Origin: Acinetobacter sp.
GTDB lineage: Bacteria; Pseudomonadota; Gammaproteobacteria; Pseudomonadales; Moraxellaceae
Direction of reading: 5' to 3'
Length of the DNA: 64,000 bases
Assembly: GCF_036659555.1 (NCBI RefSeq)
Contig: NZ_JAVXCI010000002.1
Span: 715 to 64,714 of the forward strand
In this document: positions 1 to 8,053 of the stretch, piece after piece
How positions within the stretch are numbered: position 1 is the first letter of the stretch
Layout of the letters: every line of letters starts with the position of its first letter
Translations under genes and position numbers: made by a program
The notes under the pieces: model-generated
Told to the model about the DNA's origin: nothing
Seen by the model: the letters and a program-made list of their open reading frames with translations, nothing else
Database searches by the model: none

Positions 1-1
1 A

Positions 2-322
2 ATCAGCAAAGGCAAGGACAATCATTACTCAGCGAAAATCATCAATACCCGGGCCGTTCCCGGCGCTGCCATCATGCAAATTTGTGAAAAATGCGCTGGC
101 GCGCAAAAAAATATGCCTTTGATCGGCATGACCACGCTTTCAGGGCTAAGCGCCGATCCGGCAAAAAGCAATGAATTTATCGGCGGCCTGCTGCTTGACC
201 CTAAATCCGGCAAGCATTACCCGGCCCGCGCCCGCTTGCTGAGCGGCGGCAAGCATCTGGTGATTCATGGACGCTACGGCGGTTCCGCCGTTGGACGCAA
301 TCTGACCTGGGTTAAAAACTGA
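2..322 (+). CDS. DUF2147 family protein, 5'-truncated by the window edge
   Basis: Frame is open from position 2. Motifs C-x2-C-x-G, G-x-x-LDPKSGKHY and RNLTW are paralogous to the next gene. Confidence 0.8.
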   Translation: MSKGKDNHYSAKIINTRAVPGAAIMQICEKCAGAQKNMPLIGMTTLSGLSADPAKSNEFIGGLLLDPKSGKHYPARARLLSGGKHLVIHGRYGGSAVGRNLTWVKN

Positions 323-341
323 AAACAGCATAATCATTGAA

Positions 342-379
342 TAATGCCGGCCAGTTAAGCGATTGACTGGCTTTTTTTA
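342..379 (+). terminator. Intrinsic terminator hairpin whose 5' arm resembles an IS4-type terminal inverted repeat
   Basis: gccagttaa-gcga-ttgactggc followed by a T tract; taatgccggccagttaag at 342-359. Confidence 0.6.
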
Positions 380-449
380 TGCGTGAATTCCAGAACGCAC
401 TGAATGCCTGAAAGCGCCGCTGCCTAGGCGGGCAAAGCCAGTGCCTGTG

Positions 450-471
450 AAATGTGACCTTTTTCACATTT
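450..471. promoter_or_regulatory. CRP/Vfr-type binding site
   Basis: AAATGTGA-cctttt-TCACATTT is a perfect match to the CRP consensus arms with a 6-bp spacer. Confidence 0.65.
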
Positions 472-553
472 TATCTATTTGATTTTAAAAATATTACATA
501 TGGATTAGAATAGCTGCTCTAAAATAAATGACACACCTACCACAGGGAAAAGC

Positions 554-1018
554 ATGAAGAGTTTATGCAAGGGTCTATTGACCGGGTTACTGCTGTCTTC
601 CATTTCTGTTTGCAGTTTTGCCGGCAATGAAGATCCTTTGGTCGGCAAATGGAAAACCATTGACGACCGCACCGGCTACTCGCGCGCCGATGTTGAAGTC
701 CGCAAAAAAGCCGACGGCACCTATGAAGGCATTATTGTCGAAACCCGCGGCATTCCCGGCTCAGAAAAGCTGCTGCTGTGCACCAAATGCCCCGGCCCGC
801 TGAAAGACCGGCCTTTCCTTGGCCTGCCGTTCATCTGGGGCTTTAAAGCCAGCCCAGGCAAGCCGAATGAGTTTGTCAACGGCAAAGTGCTGGACCCAAT
901 CAGCGGCAAAATCTACCAGAGCAAAGCGCGCCTGAATTCAACCGGCAAGCGCCTGACCCTGCGCGGCTATATCGGCGTTTCCGTTGTTGGCCGCAGCATC
1001 ACCTGGATCAAGTATTAA
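554..1018 (+). CDS. DUF2147 family exported protein
   Basis: Signal peptide; GKWKTIDD, C-x2-C, GKVLDPISGKIY and LRGYIGVSVVGRSITW motifs. Confidence 0.88.
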   Translation: MKSLCKGLLTGLLLSSISVCSFAGNEDPLVGKWKTIDDRTGYSRADVEVRKKADGTYEGIIVETRGIPGSEKLLLCTKCPGPLKDRPFLGLPFIWGFKASPGKPNEFVNGKVLDPISGKIYQSKARLNSTGKRLTLRGYIGVSVVGRSITWIKY

Positions 1019-1514
1019 TCCTGCTCAGCCTTGTAAAAAGCCTCCGTCCAGTTAAGGTATTTTGCAGCCAATGCCTTAACTTTCCGGCCATTCACGGCAG
1101 AGCCTTGCGGTTTTAAATCCAGCGCTCGGAATTCATTTTACGCCTTAACCAGCAAGGCTCTGCAAAAAAGCGTCTTGCGCCGCAATGGCCTCACTGCACA
1201 GCTCAGCCGCCGCCGATTAACCGGAAAATTGCAGAAAATCTATGCAGCCAATGCAGGCCCGCCTTGCGCTTCAAAATAAAGCCTGACTTTATTTACTGTC
1301 AAAGCTGCCGATGCCGTTTCCGCGTATCGGGCCATATCCTGAATAAAAAAAGCAAATTCTATCAATTGCTTAACTTGCCGGCATGATCATCTTGCGGTTA
1401 TTTTACTGTCATAATTTGAAACAATATGCGGCAAATAAACACTGTTTCATTTCCATGAAGCCTCTTATATTGAATAAAACATGATCAAATTTATATAGAG
1501 TTCATATACAGAAC

Positions 1515-2492
1515 ATGGCAAAAAATTACTATGAGCTGCTTGGCGTGCCGCGCGATGCTTCACAAGATCAGATCAAAAAATCCTACCGCAAACTGGCGCG
1601 TAAATACCACCCGGATGTCAGCAAAGAAGCTGATGCTGAAACCCGCATGCAGGAACTGAATGTCGCTTATGACACGCTGAGTGATGCGGAAAAAAGGCGG
1701 GAATATGATTTTCAGCTGGATCATCCCGAAGGCTTTGCCCAGTTTGGCGGACAGTCCGGGCATGGCGGTTTCGGCGGTTTTGATGATGCCCAGTTCCGGC
1801 GCTACAGTTCCGGAAGCGCAGGACAGGAAGGCGGTTTCAGCGGTTTTGAAGACCTGTTTGGCCGTTTCGGCTCAGGCTTTGGTGGCGCCAATTATCAATA
1901 TCAGCAGCGCAGCCGACCGAAGCAGGCGCATAAAGGCGAAGACCAGCACGCCAGCATCGAAGTCGATTTGGAGATTGCCTACACGGGCGCCACCCAGAGC
2001 ATCACGCTGCAGATTCCCACCCTGAACGCCTATGGCGAGCCTGAAGTGCAGCGTAAAACCCTGCAGGTGAAAATTCCGAAAGGCTTGAAGGAGGGCCAGC
2101 AAATCCGCCTAAGCGGCCAAGGCCAGTCCGGCATTAACGGCGGGCCGAACGGCGATCTGTACATTGAAGTGCGCTACCGCGCCAATGAACGCTGGCATGC
2201 CGATGGCGCAGATGTCTATATGACGGTTGACGCTGCGCCTTGGGAAGCGGCTTTAGGGCAAAGCATCAGCGTGCGCATGCTGGACGGCAGCGCGGTGCAG
2301 GTCAGCCTGCCGAAAAACGCGCGCAGCGGCCAGCAGCTGCGCTTGAAAAATAAAGGCATACCAAACAAAACACCCGGGCACTTGTATTTGGTATTAAATA
2401 TAGTGAACCCTCCTGCTCACAGCGCAGAAGAGCAGCGGGCATATCAGGCATTTGCTGAAGCCTTTCAGCAATTCAAGCCTAGACAGCCTTAA
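1515..2492 (+). CDS. cbpA: DnaJ-class curved DNA-binding co-chaperone CbpA
   Basis: J domain with HPD (KYHPDV), G/F-rich linker and DnaJ C-terminal domain, no zinc finger; followed by cbpM. Confidence 0.92.
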   Translation: MAKNYYELLGVPRDASQDQIKKSYRKLARKYHPDVSKEADAETRMQELNVAYDTLSDAEKRREYDFQLDHPEGFAQFGGQSGHGGFGGFDDAQFRRYSSGSAGQEGGFSGFEDLFGRFGSGFGGANYQYQQRSRPKQAHKGEDQHASIEVDLEIAYTGATQSITLQIPTLNAYGEPEVQRKTLQVKIPKGLKEGQQIRLSGQGQSGINGGPNGDLYIEVRYRANERWHADGADVYMTVDAAPWEAALGQSISVRMLDGSAVQVSLPKNARSGQQLRLKNKGIPNKTPGHLYLVLNIVNPPAHSAEEQRAYQAFAEAFQQFKPRQP

Positions 2493-2503
2493 GGAGTAAT
2501 CCC

Positions 2504-2842
2504 ATGACAACAATTTATTACCGTGAAATTGTATCTGACGGCTGCGAACAGACTGAAATTGTCGATGAGCAGCGCAGTTTTGATTTGCAGCATTTTGCCC
2601 AGGCCTGCGGACAAAGTCCTGAATGGGTACTGCAGCTGCTGGAGTATGACATTTTGCCGAACCGTCCGGACAGCAGGGTTCATCAGTTTTTTGGCGACGA
2701 TATTTCACGGGCAAGGCGCGCCTACCGCCTGCAGCGCGACTTTGACGCCAGCTTTACCGCTGTCGCCATGATGCTGGATTTAATTGATGAAGTGCAGAAT
2801 CTGCGCCGCCAAGTCAAGCATCAGCAATTCCAGTCGCACTGA
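2504..2842 (+). CDS. cbpM: Chaperone modulator CbpM
   Basis: MerR-like RARRAYRLQRDFD...MLDLIDEV motif; directly downstream of cbpA; AAGGAG RBS. Confidence 0.88.
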   Translation: MTTIYYREIVSDGCEQTEIVDEQRSFDLQHFAQACGQSPEWVLQLLEYDILPNRPDSRVHQFFGDDISRARRAYRLQRDFDASFTAVAMMLDLIDEVQNLRRQVKHQQFQSH

Positions 2843-2962
2843 CCCATGCTCATCTCTTCCCTGCAGCCCGGCTGCCGGGGAAGCTGGATATTTTTTTCAT
2901 TTTAACTGAGAGAACTGTTCACGCTTATGAAAACCAAAGAATGCAACAAAAAAGTGAAAAAC

Positions 2963-3181
2963 ATGTTTCCCGAATTCCGGGAGCTGATTCACCGGCTCCG
3001 CGAAGAAAATCCGCGCTTTGCGCATCTTTTTGAGCGCCATGAAGAACTGGATCAGGAAATCTGCCTGCTGGAGCAGGACCCGGTCAATCAGATCAACACC
3101 GATATTGAAACGCTGAAGCGCAGAAAATTAAGGCTCAAGGATGAAATGTACTGGCTGCTGAAATCCAGCAACTGCATTTAA
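2963..3181 (+). CDS. DUF465/YdcH family small protein (alternative start 2927)
   Basis: MFPEFRELIHRL...F..LFERHEELD...LKRRKLRLKDE signature. Confidence 0.8.
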   Translation: MFPEFRELIHRLREENPRFAHLFERHEELDQEICLLEQDPVNQINTDIETLKRRKLRLKDEMYWLLKSSNCI

Positions 3182-3230
3182 CGCCCCCGGCCAGCGCTGC
3201 ATGCAGGCAGCCCATCTGGCCGGGCTTTGC

Positions 3231-4475
3231 CTATTTCAGCCGGGCCAGCTTTTCAACCGTTTTGACCGTGGTTTTCACGGTATCTTTCACCGTACGCTTA
3301 ATCGGCTCATATTCCATAAACCAGAACAGGTTCATGCGCTGGTCTTCATGCTGCTGCGCCAGCATGTCGATGACGCTTTTTTCGCCCCGGCCAACCATAT
3401 GGCGGCGGTAGAAATAGTAAATCAGCAGCGCGGTGGTCATCAGCATAATGGCCAGCATAATCCAGAAACCGCTTTCTGACTTCAGGCCCGGAATAAACTC
3501 AAAGTTCATGCCGTACACCCCTGTCAGCAGCGTCAAAGGCGCAAAAACCGCGGTAATAATGGCAAGAATGCGCATGTTTTCATTGGTCTGATTGGCTACG
3601 GCGGAAAAATGCAGATCCACGGCGGCCTGCACGGCGCTCCGCAGGCGCGCCGTATGCTTCTGAATGCGCTCAATATGGCTGGCGATGTCATCTACGCGCA
3701 GCAGCATCACTTCCTGCCGCTCGGCTTTCTTTTTGCCCTTTAAATGCGGATAGTTTTCCACAATTTCATCGCGCAGTTCCTGCAGGGTTTCAATCTGCTC
3801 TTCGCATAAATTTTCCACTTGCTGGAAGGCCATGTTTTCCTGCAGCAGCTGATGCCATTTGGTAAAGCGCCGGTGGCCCTGCAGCAGCTCCTGCTGCCAG
3901 AACTGCACGCGGCAGGTCAGCGGCACCCGCAAATCCAGATAGCCGTCCACCATGCTGTTGAGCAGGCGCAACGCTAAATCCAGCGGCGACGCGGCCAGCT
4001 TGCGCGGCTTGTTCTGCTCATCAAGCGGCCGCGCAAGCACGGTTTTAATCCGCGCAATATAGTTTTCCATGGCCTTATTGCCCTGCTCGCGCACGGTAAT
4101 CAGCACCTGCGGGGTCATAATAAAGCTGACCGGCGTCGTCGCCAGGCCGAATACCGGCTCATGCTGCTCTAAAGCCTGTGCGCCGGTTTTGACATGGTCA
4201 TCCGGCGTAATCAGCTTGCGGAAAATCAGCAGATCATAGTCATCCAGCGTATCAAAAACACAGGGATGCTCCAGATTCAGAATGTCCCGCACATGATATT
4301 CATTCAGCCAAAGGCCGGTGCGCTGAAAAATTTCCTGCTGCCAGTGTTCTGAACGGTTCACCACATCTTCACGCGTGCAGTCGACCCAAATAAACTCAGC
4401 TCCAGCTTCCCGCGCATCCTGCTGCACGCAAATATCAGGCTGGCTTGGATGCTGAAAAAAATGATAAATCTGCAT
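3231..4475 (-). CDS. CorA family Mg2+/Co2+ transporter
   Basis: C-terminal PLTLLTGVYGMNF signature followed by a second transmembrane helix. Confidence 0.88.
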   Translation of the reverse strand: MQIYHFFQHPSQPDICVQQDAREAGAEFIWVDCTREDVVNRSEHWQQEIFQRTGLWLNEYHVRDILNLEHPCVFDTLDDYDLLIFRKLITPDDHVKTGAQALEQHEPVFGLATTPVSFIMTPQVLITVREQGNKAMENYIARIKTVLARPLDEQNKPRKLAASPLDLALRLLNSMVDGYLDLRVPLTCRVQFWQQELLQGHRRFTKWHQLLQENMAFQQVENLCEEQIETLQELRDEIVENYPHLKGKKKAERQEVMLLRVDDIASHIERIQKHTARLRSAVQAAVDLHFSAVANQTNENMRILAIITAVFAPLTLLTGVYGMNFEFIPGLKSESGFWIMLAIMLMTTALLIYYFYRRHMVGRGEKSVIDMLAQQHEDQRMNLFWFMEYEPIKRTVKDTVKTTVKTVEKLARLK

Positions 4476-4513
4476 AAGGCTTGTTATTGTCCATCCCGGT
4501 TTTCATCATGCCA

Positions 4514-4567
4514 TAAAAAAAGCCCTGAGCAAGCCAAAGATTAAATCGGCAAAGCTCAAGGCTTTTT
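4514..4567. terminator. Terminator downstream of pnp
   Basis: aaaaaaagccctgagc...gctcaaggcttttt inverted repeat with A/T tracts. Confidence 0.55.
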
Positions 4568-4615
4568 AAAGACTGTTCAATTCACATGGCAAGCGCCATC
4601 TGAATCTGCAGCAGA

Positions 4616-6709
4616 TTAAACCTGCTCGATGTCTTTCATGGTCAGTTTAATGCGGCCGCGGTTGTCCACATCAGCAACCTGCACTTTCACTTCCTGGCCT
4701 TCTTTCAGCACATCCGCAACGTTCGCAATGCGTTCGTTGGAAATTTGCGAGATGTGAAGCAGGCCGTCAGTACCCGGCAGGATGTTGACGAAAGCGCCGA
4801 ATTCAACGATGCGGATCACTTTGCCCATATAGATCGTGCCCGGCTCGATTTCCGCAGTCAGCGCCTGGATTTTCGCTACAGCTGCCTGAGCCGCCGCTTT
4901 GGTTTCACCGAATACGCGCACTGTGCCGTTGTCTTCAATGTCAATCGCTGCTTTAGTTTCTTCAGTGATCGCGCGGATTGTTGCGCCGCCTTTGCCGATC
5001 ACGTCACGGATTTTGTCCGGATTGATGGTGATCACCTGGAACGTCGGCGCATGCATGGAAATTTCAGGACGGGCGCGTGAAATCACCTGGTTCATTTCGT
5101 TCAGAATATGCATGCGGCCAGCATAAGCCTGGTTCAATGCAGCTTCCATGATCTCTTCAGTGATGCCTTCGATCTTGATGTCCATTTGCAGCGCGGTAAT
5201 GCCGTTGGCAGAACCCGCGACTTTAAAGTCCATGTCACCCAAGTGGTCTTCGTCACCTAAGATGTCAGAAAGCACTGCGAAACGCTCGCCTTCTTTCACT
5301 AGGCCCATTGCAATGCCCGCAACTGGCGCTTTCAATGGAACGCCTGCATCCATAAGGGATAATGAAGCGCCGCATACAGAAGCCATTGAAGATGAACCAT
5401 TGGATTCAGTAATGTCAGATACAATGCGGATCACATACGGGAAGCGGTCAGCTGCAGGCAGAACCGCTTGCACGCCGCGGCGCGCCAGGCGGCCGTGGCC
5501 GATTTCACGGCGTTTCGGGCCAGTTTCGCGGCCAGTTTCACCTACAGAGTATGCAGGGAAGTTATAATGCAGCATGAAGTTGTCAGTTTTTGTGCCTGCA
5601 AGGGTATCAACCATCAAGGCATCACGCGTGTTGCCCAAAGTCGTTGTTACCAGCGCCTGAGTTTCACCGCGCGTGAACAGTGCAGAACCGTGCGCGCGGC
5701 CCAATACGCCCACTTGAACGTCGATGGCGCGGACAGTTTTGGTGTCGCGGCCGTCAATACGCGGCTTGCCTGAAAGGATATTGTCGCGCACTGTGCGGTA
5801 TTTCAGGTCTTCGAACAGTTCGTTAACTTCATCAGCAATGCCGGTTTCGTCATTTTCAGGAACGAACTGAGCAGCAGCTTCTGCAGAAAGCGCATCCAGC
5901 GCCGCATAGCGGTCCTGCTTCACCGCAATGGTGTAGGCATCAGAAATTTTCGCTTCGAATGCATCTTTCAATTGGCCAAGAAGCGCTTCGTTTTTGCCTG
6001 GAGCAACCCAAGTTGACTCAACTGCGCCGGCAGCGGCAGCAAATTCTTTGATCGCCTGAATCGCAATCTGCATTTCGTCATGGCCGAACAGCACAGCGCC
6101 CAGCATCTGGTCTTCTGAAAGCTCTTTGGCTTCAGATTCAACCATCAGCACCGCTGCTTCTGTACCTGCAACCACAAGGTCAAGGTCGCTTTCTTTCAGC
6201 TGCTCTAAATTCGGGTTGAGGATGTATTCGCCGTTGATCAAGCCAACGCGCGCGCCAGCGATCGGGCCTCGGAAAGGAACACCGGCAATCGACATCGCCG
6301 CAGAGGTGCCCAGCATGGCTGCAATGTCAGCATCCATAGTCTTGTCAGAAGAAATAACCGTTGCTGTAACCTGGATTTCGTTATAGAAGCCTTCCGGGAA
6401 CAATGGGCGGATTGGACGGTCAATTAAGCGGGAAATTAAAGTTTCAGCTTCAGACTGGCGGCCTTCACGCTTGCCGTAACCGCCTGGAATGCGGCCTGCA
6501 GCATATTGCTTTTCCTGATAGTTAACCGTCAGCGGGAAGAAGTCCTGGCCCGCTTTCGCTTTTGGCTGCGCCACAACAGCAACCAGCACAGTTACGCCGC
6601 CCATGGTAATTACAACAGTGTTCGCCTGGCGCGCAACACGGCCTGTTTCTAAAACAACCTGGTGCTGACCGTATTGGAATTCTTTGCGGATAATATTAAA
6701 CATCGACAT
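4616..6709 (-). CDS. pnp: Polyribonucleotide nucleotidyltransferase (PNPase)
   Basis: Two RNase PH domains ([27 protein letters not shown]), then KH and S1 domains; downstream of rpsO. Confidence 0.99.
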   Translation of the reverse strand: MSMFNIIRKEFQYGQHQVVLETGRVARQANTVVITMGGVTVLVAVVAQPKAKAGQDFFPLTVNYQEKQYAAGRIPGGYGKREGRQSEAETLISRLIDRPIRPLFPEGFYNEIQVTATVISSDKTMDADIAAMLGTSAAMSIAGVPFRGPIAGARVGLINGEYILNPNLEQLKESDLDLVVAGTEAAVLMVESEAKELSEDQMLGAVLFGHDEMQIAIQAIKEFAAAAGAVESTWVAPGKNEALLGQLKDAFEAKISDAYTIAVKQDRYAALDALSAEAAAQFVPENDETGIADEVNELFEDLKYRTVRDNILSGKPRIDGRDTKTVRAIDVQVGVLGRAHGSALFTRGETQALVTTTLGNTRDALMVDTLAGTKTDNFMLHYNFPAYSVGETGRETGPKRREIGHGRLARRGVQAVLPAADRFPYVIRIVSDITESNGSSSMASVCGASLSLMDAGVPLKAPVAGIAMGLVKEGERFAVLSDILGDEDHLGDMDFKVAGSANGITALQMDIKIEGITEEIMEAALNQAYAGRMHILNEMNQVISRARPEISMHAPTFQVITINPDKIRDVIGKGGATIRAITEETKAAIDIEDNGTVRVFGETKAAAQAAVAKIQALTAEIEPGTIYMGKVIRIVEFGAFVNILPGTDGLLHISQISNERIANVADVLKEGQEVKVQVADVDNRGRIKLTMKDIEQV

Positions 6710-6732
6710 ATTTTATTGTTCCTGATTTTATT

Positions 6733-6806
6733 CTAGTGGAGACCCCTAAGGTTTGGCATTCATATCAACCGCATAAATGACAAAGCTTAGAAGCCGACCT
6801 CACCAG
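6733..6806 (-). promoter_or_regulatory. Long imperfect hairpin in the pnp leader (candidate RNase III autoregulation site)
   Basis: ctaaggtttggcatt (6746-6760) pairs imperfectly with aatgacaaagcttag (6776-6790). The functional assignment is by analogy with the E. coli pnp leader. Confidence 0.45.
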
Positions 6807-6948
6807 AGGATAAAAATTGATTTTAAGACGCAAAGAAGGAGCGAATCATCGCCCCTTCTCCGTTATCCAGCCGGAGCCGGATAGACTTTAGTTTTCAGCA
6901 ATACAGCATTCAGCATGCAATAATCCGAAAATAAAAGTTTAAATCGAA

Positions 6949-7218
6949 TTAACGACGTAAACCTAAAGCAGCAATCAGTGCGCTGTAACGAGTCGCGTCT
7001 TTACCTTTAAGGTAGTCAAGAAGCTTACGGCGCTGGTTAACCATGCGGATCAGGCCGCGGCGGCTATGGTGGTCGTGCTTGTGCTCTTTAAAGTGGCCTT
7101 GCAAATCATTGATTTGAGCCGTTAAAAGAGCAACTTGAACTTCCGGTGAACCAGTGTCGTTTTCAGCGCGGGCAAATTTAGCGATGATCTCTGCGCGATC
7201 TGCGTTTGTTAAAGCCAT
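6949..7218 (-). CDS. rpsO: 30S ribosomal protein S15
   Basis: 89 aa; [13 protein letters not shown] and [10 protein letters not shown] motifs. Confidence 0.99.
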   Translation of the reverse strand: MALTNADRAEIIAKFARAENDTGSPEVQVALLTAQINDLQGHFKEHKHDHHSRRGLIRMVNQRRKLLDYLKGKDATRYSALIAALGLRR

Positions 7219-7300
7219 TCGATTTCTCCGAGATGCTTAAGGTTAATTACTTTTGATACGAATCAGCCGATTGCTCAGCTGACTGCCGTGCATCACTACA
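7219..7300 (-). promoter_or_regulatory. S15 (rpsO) autoregulatory mRNA leader
   Basis: Minus-strand hairpin gtcagctga-gcaa-tcggctgat in the 5' UTR, similar to the gammaproteobacterial S15 leader. Confidence 0.55.
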
Positions 7301-7311
7301 GCAAGTGCATT

Positions 7312-7340
7312 ATCTTAAGGGAAAAACAGCCCGATTGCAA
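7312..7340 (-). promoter_or_regulatory. sigma70 promoter of rpsO
   Basis: Minus strand TTGCAA-17 bp-TAAGAT. Confidence 0.55.
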
Positions 7341-7544
7341 AAATAGATCGCGGCTTGGCGCCGATCCGCCTGCCGGCATCTGCGGCCGGATTTTTCCAAT
7401 CCGGCCGTTCAATCCCTGCACAGGGTTTAATTGGCGGAATTTCAAGGCGCCAGGACAGCCTGCCCTCCGCGCCTTGCGCCTGCGCCGCCGCGCAGCCGGT
7501 GTAATATTCTGCCAATCAAAGCGCGCCAAAGCCGCGCGGAATAG

Positions 7545-7576
7545 AAAAAAGCCCGGGCAGAGCCCGGGCTTTTTTT
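7545..7576. terminator. Bidirectional intrinsic terminator
   Basis: aaaaaagcccgggc-aga-gcccgggcttttttt. Confidence 0.85.
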
Positions 7577-7689
7577 GCGCTGCAGTTTCTTCTTTTTTGA
7601 TTATAATTTTCTTATTTATTGTTTTATATTGCGCTTTCCGCGCTTTGTTATGCCAAACATTCCATGTTTTAACCGGCACTTCCCTATGT
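7545..7689 (-). ncRNA. Putative GacA-activated small RNA 2 (CsrA/Rsm- and possibly Hfq-binding)
   Basis: GacA-type box at 7744-7761, extended -10 TGgCAAAAT, GGA hairpin loops (AAACAU-GGA-AUGUUU, GCGC-GGAAA-GCGC), A-rich tract, terminator 7545-7576; no credible ORF. Confidence 0.6.
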
Positions 7690-7743
7690 GGTAGATTTTG
7701 CCACAATGCATAGCTGAAAAAAGACGCGTTCTCCGCATCTCCA

Positions 7744-7761
7744 TGTAAGCTATTTCCTACA
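7744..7761. promoter_or_regulatory. GacA/UvrY-type box
   Basis: TGTAAG-ctattt-CCTACA, 1 mismatch to TGTAAG-N6-CTTACA. Confidence 0.65.
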
Positions 7762-7814
7762 TCAGGCCCCTGCTTTTAAAAAAATTACGGTCAATTTCAA
7801 GTATTTGCAAGACA

Positions 7815-7853
7815 TAAAAAAGCCCTGCAGTCTCTCCCAAAACTGCAAGGCTT
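7815..7853 (-). terminator. Intrinsic terminator
   Basis: Minus strand AAGCCUUGCAGU-loop-ACUGCAGGGCUU-UUUU. The stem is fully paired (one G-U) only on the minus strand. Confidence 0.8.
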
Positions 7854-7966
7854 AGCGGCTGTAAGTTTCCTCTTTCCCTACTTCACTGTAAGTTCGCTGT
7901 CTGATGACGTTATTATTATTGTTCTGCGTTTATGCTCAACAATCCGTATTGAGCGCTTTATTATGT
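7815..7966 (-). ncRNA. Putative GacA-activated small RNA 1
   Basis: GacA-type box at 8023-8040, TGaGAAGAT -10-like element, ACGGA at a hairpin apex, AGAACAAUAAUAAUAAC tract, strand-specific terminator 7815-7853. Confidence 0.62.
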
Positions 7967-8022
7967 GAAGCCATCTTCTCAAAATCCGCGGCAAAGCTCC
8001 ATGCGCCAATCTCTTGAATTGA

Positions 8023-8040
8023 CGTAAGACATTTCTTACA
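8023..8040. promoter_or_regulatory. GacA/UvrY-type box
   Basis: CGTAAG-acattt-CTTACA, 1 mismatch to TGTAAG-N6-CTTACA. Confidence 0.65.
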
Positions 8041-8053
8041 CGAATGCCTCACA

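Noticed and set aside
7288-7713. ORFs 7288-7713 (+), 7296-7706 (-) and 7315-7515 (-) in the rpsO-recD gap
   Set aside because: They run through terminators and the rpsO promoter, have low-complexity translations and no family motifs; the sRNA model explains the region better.
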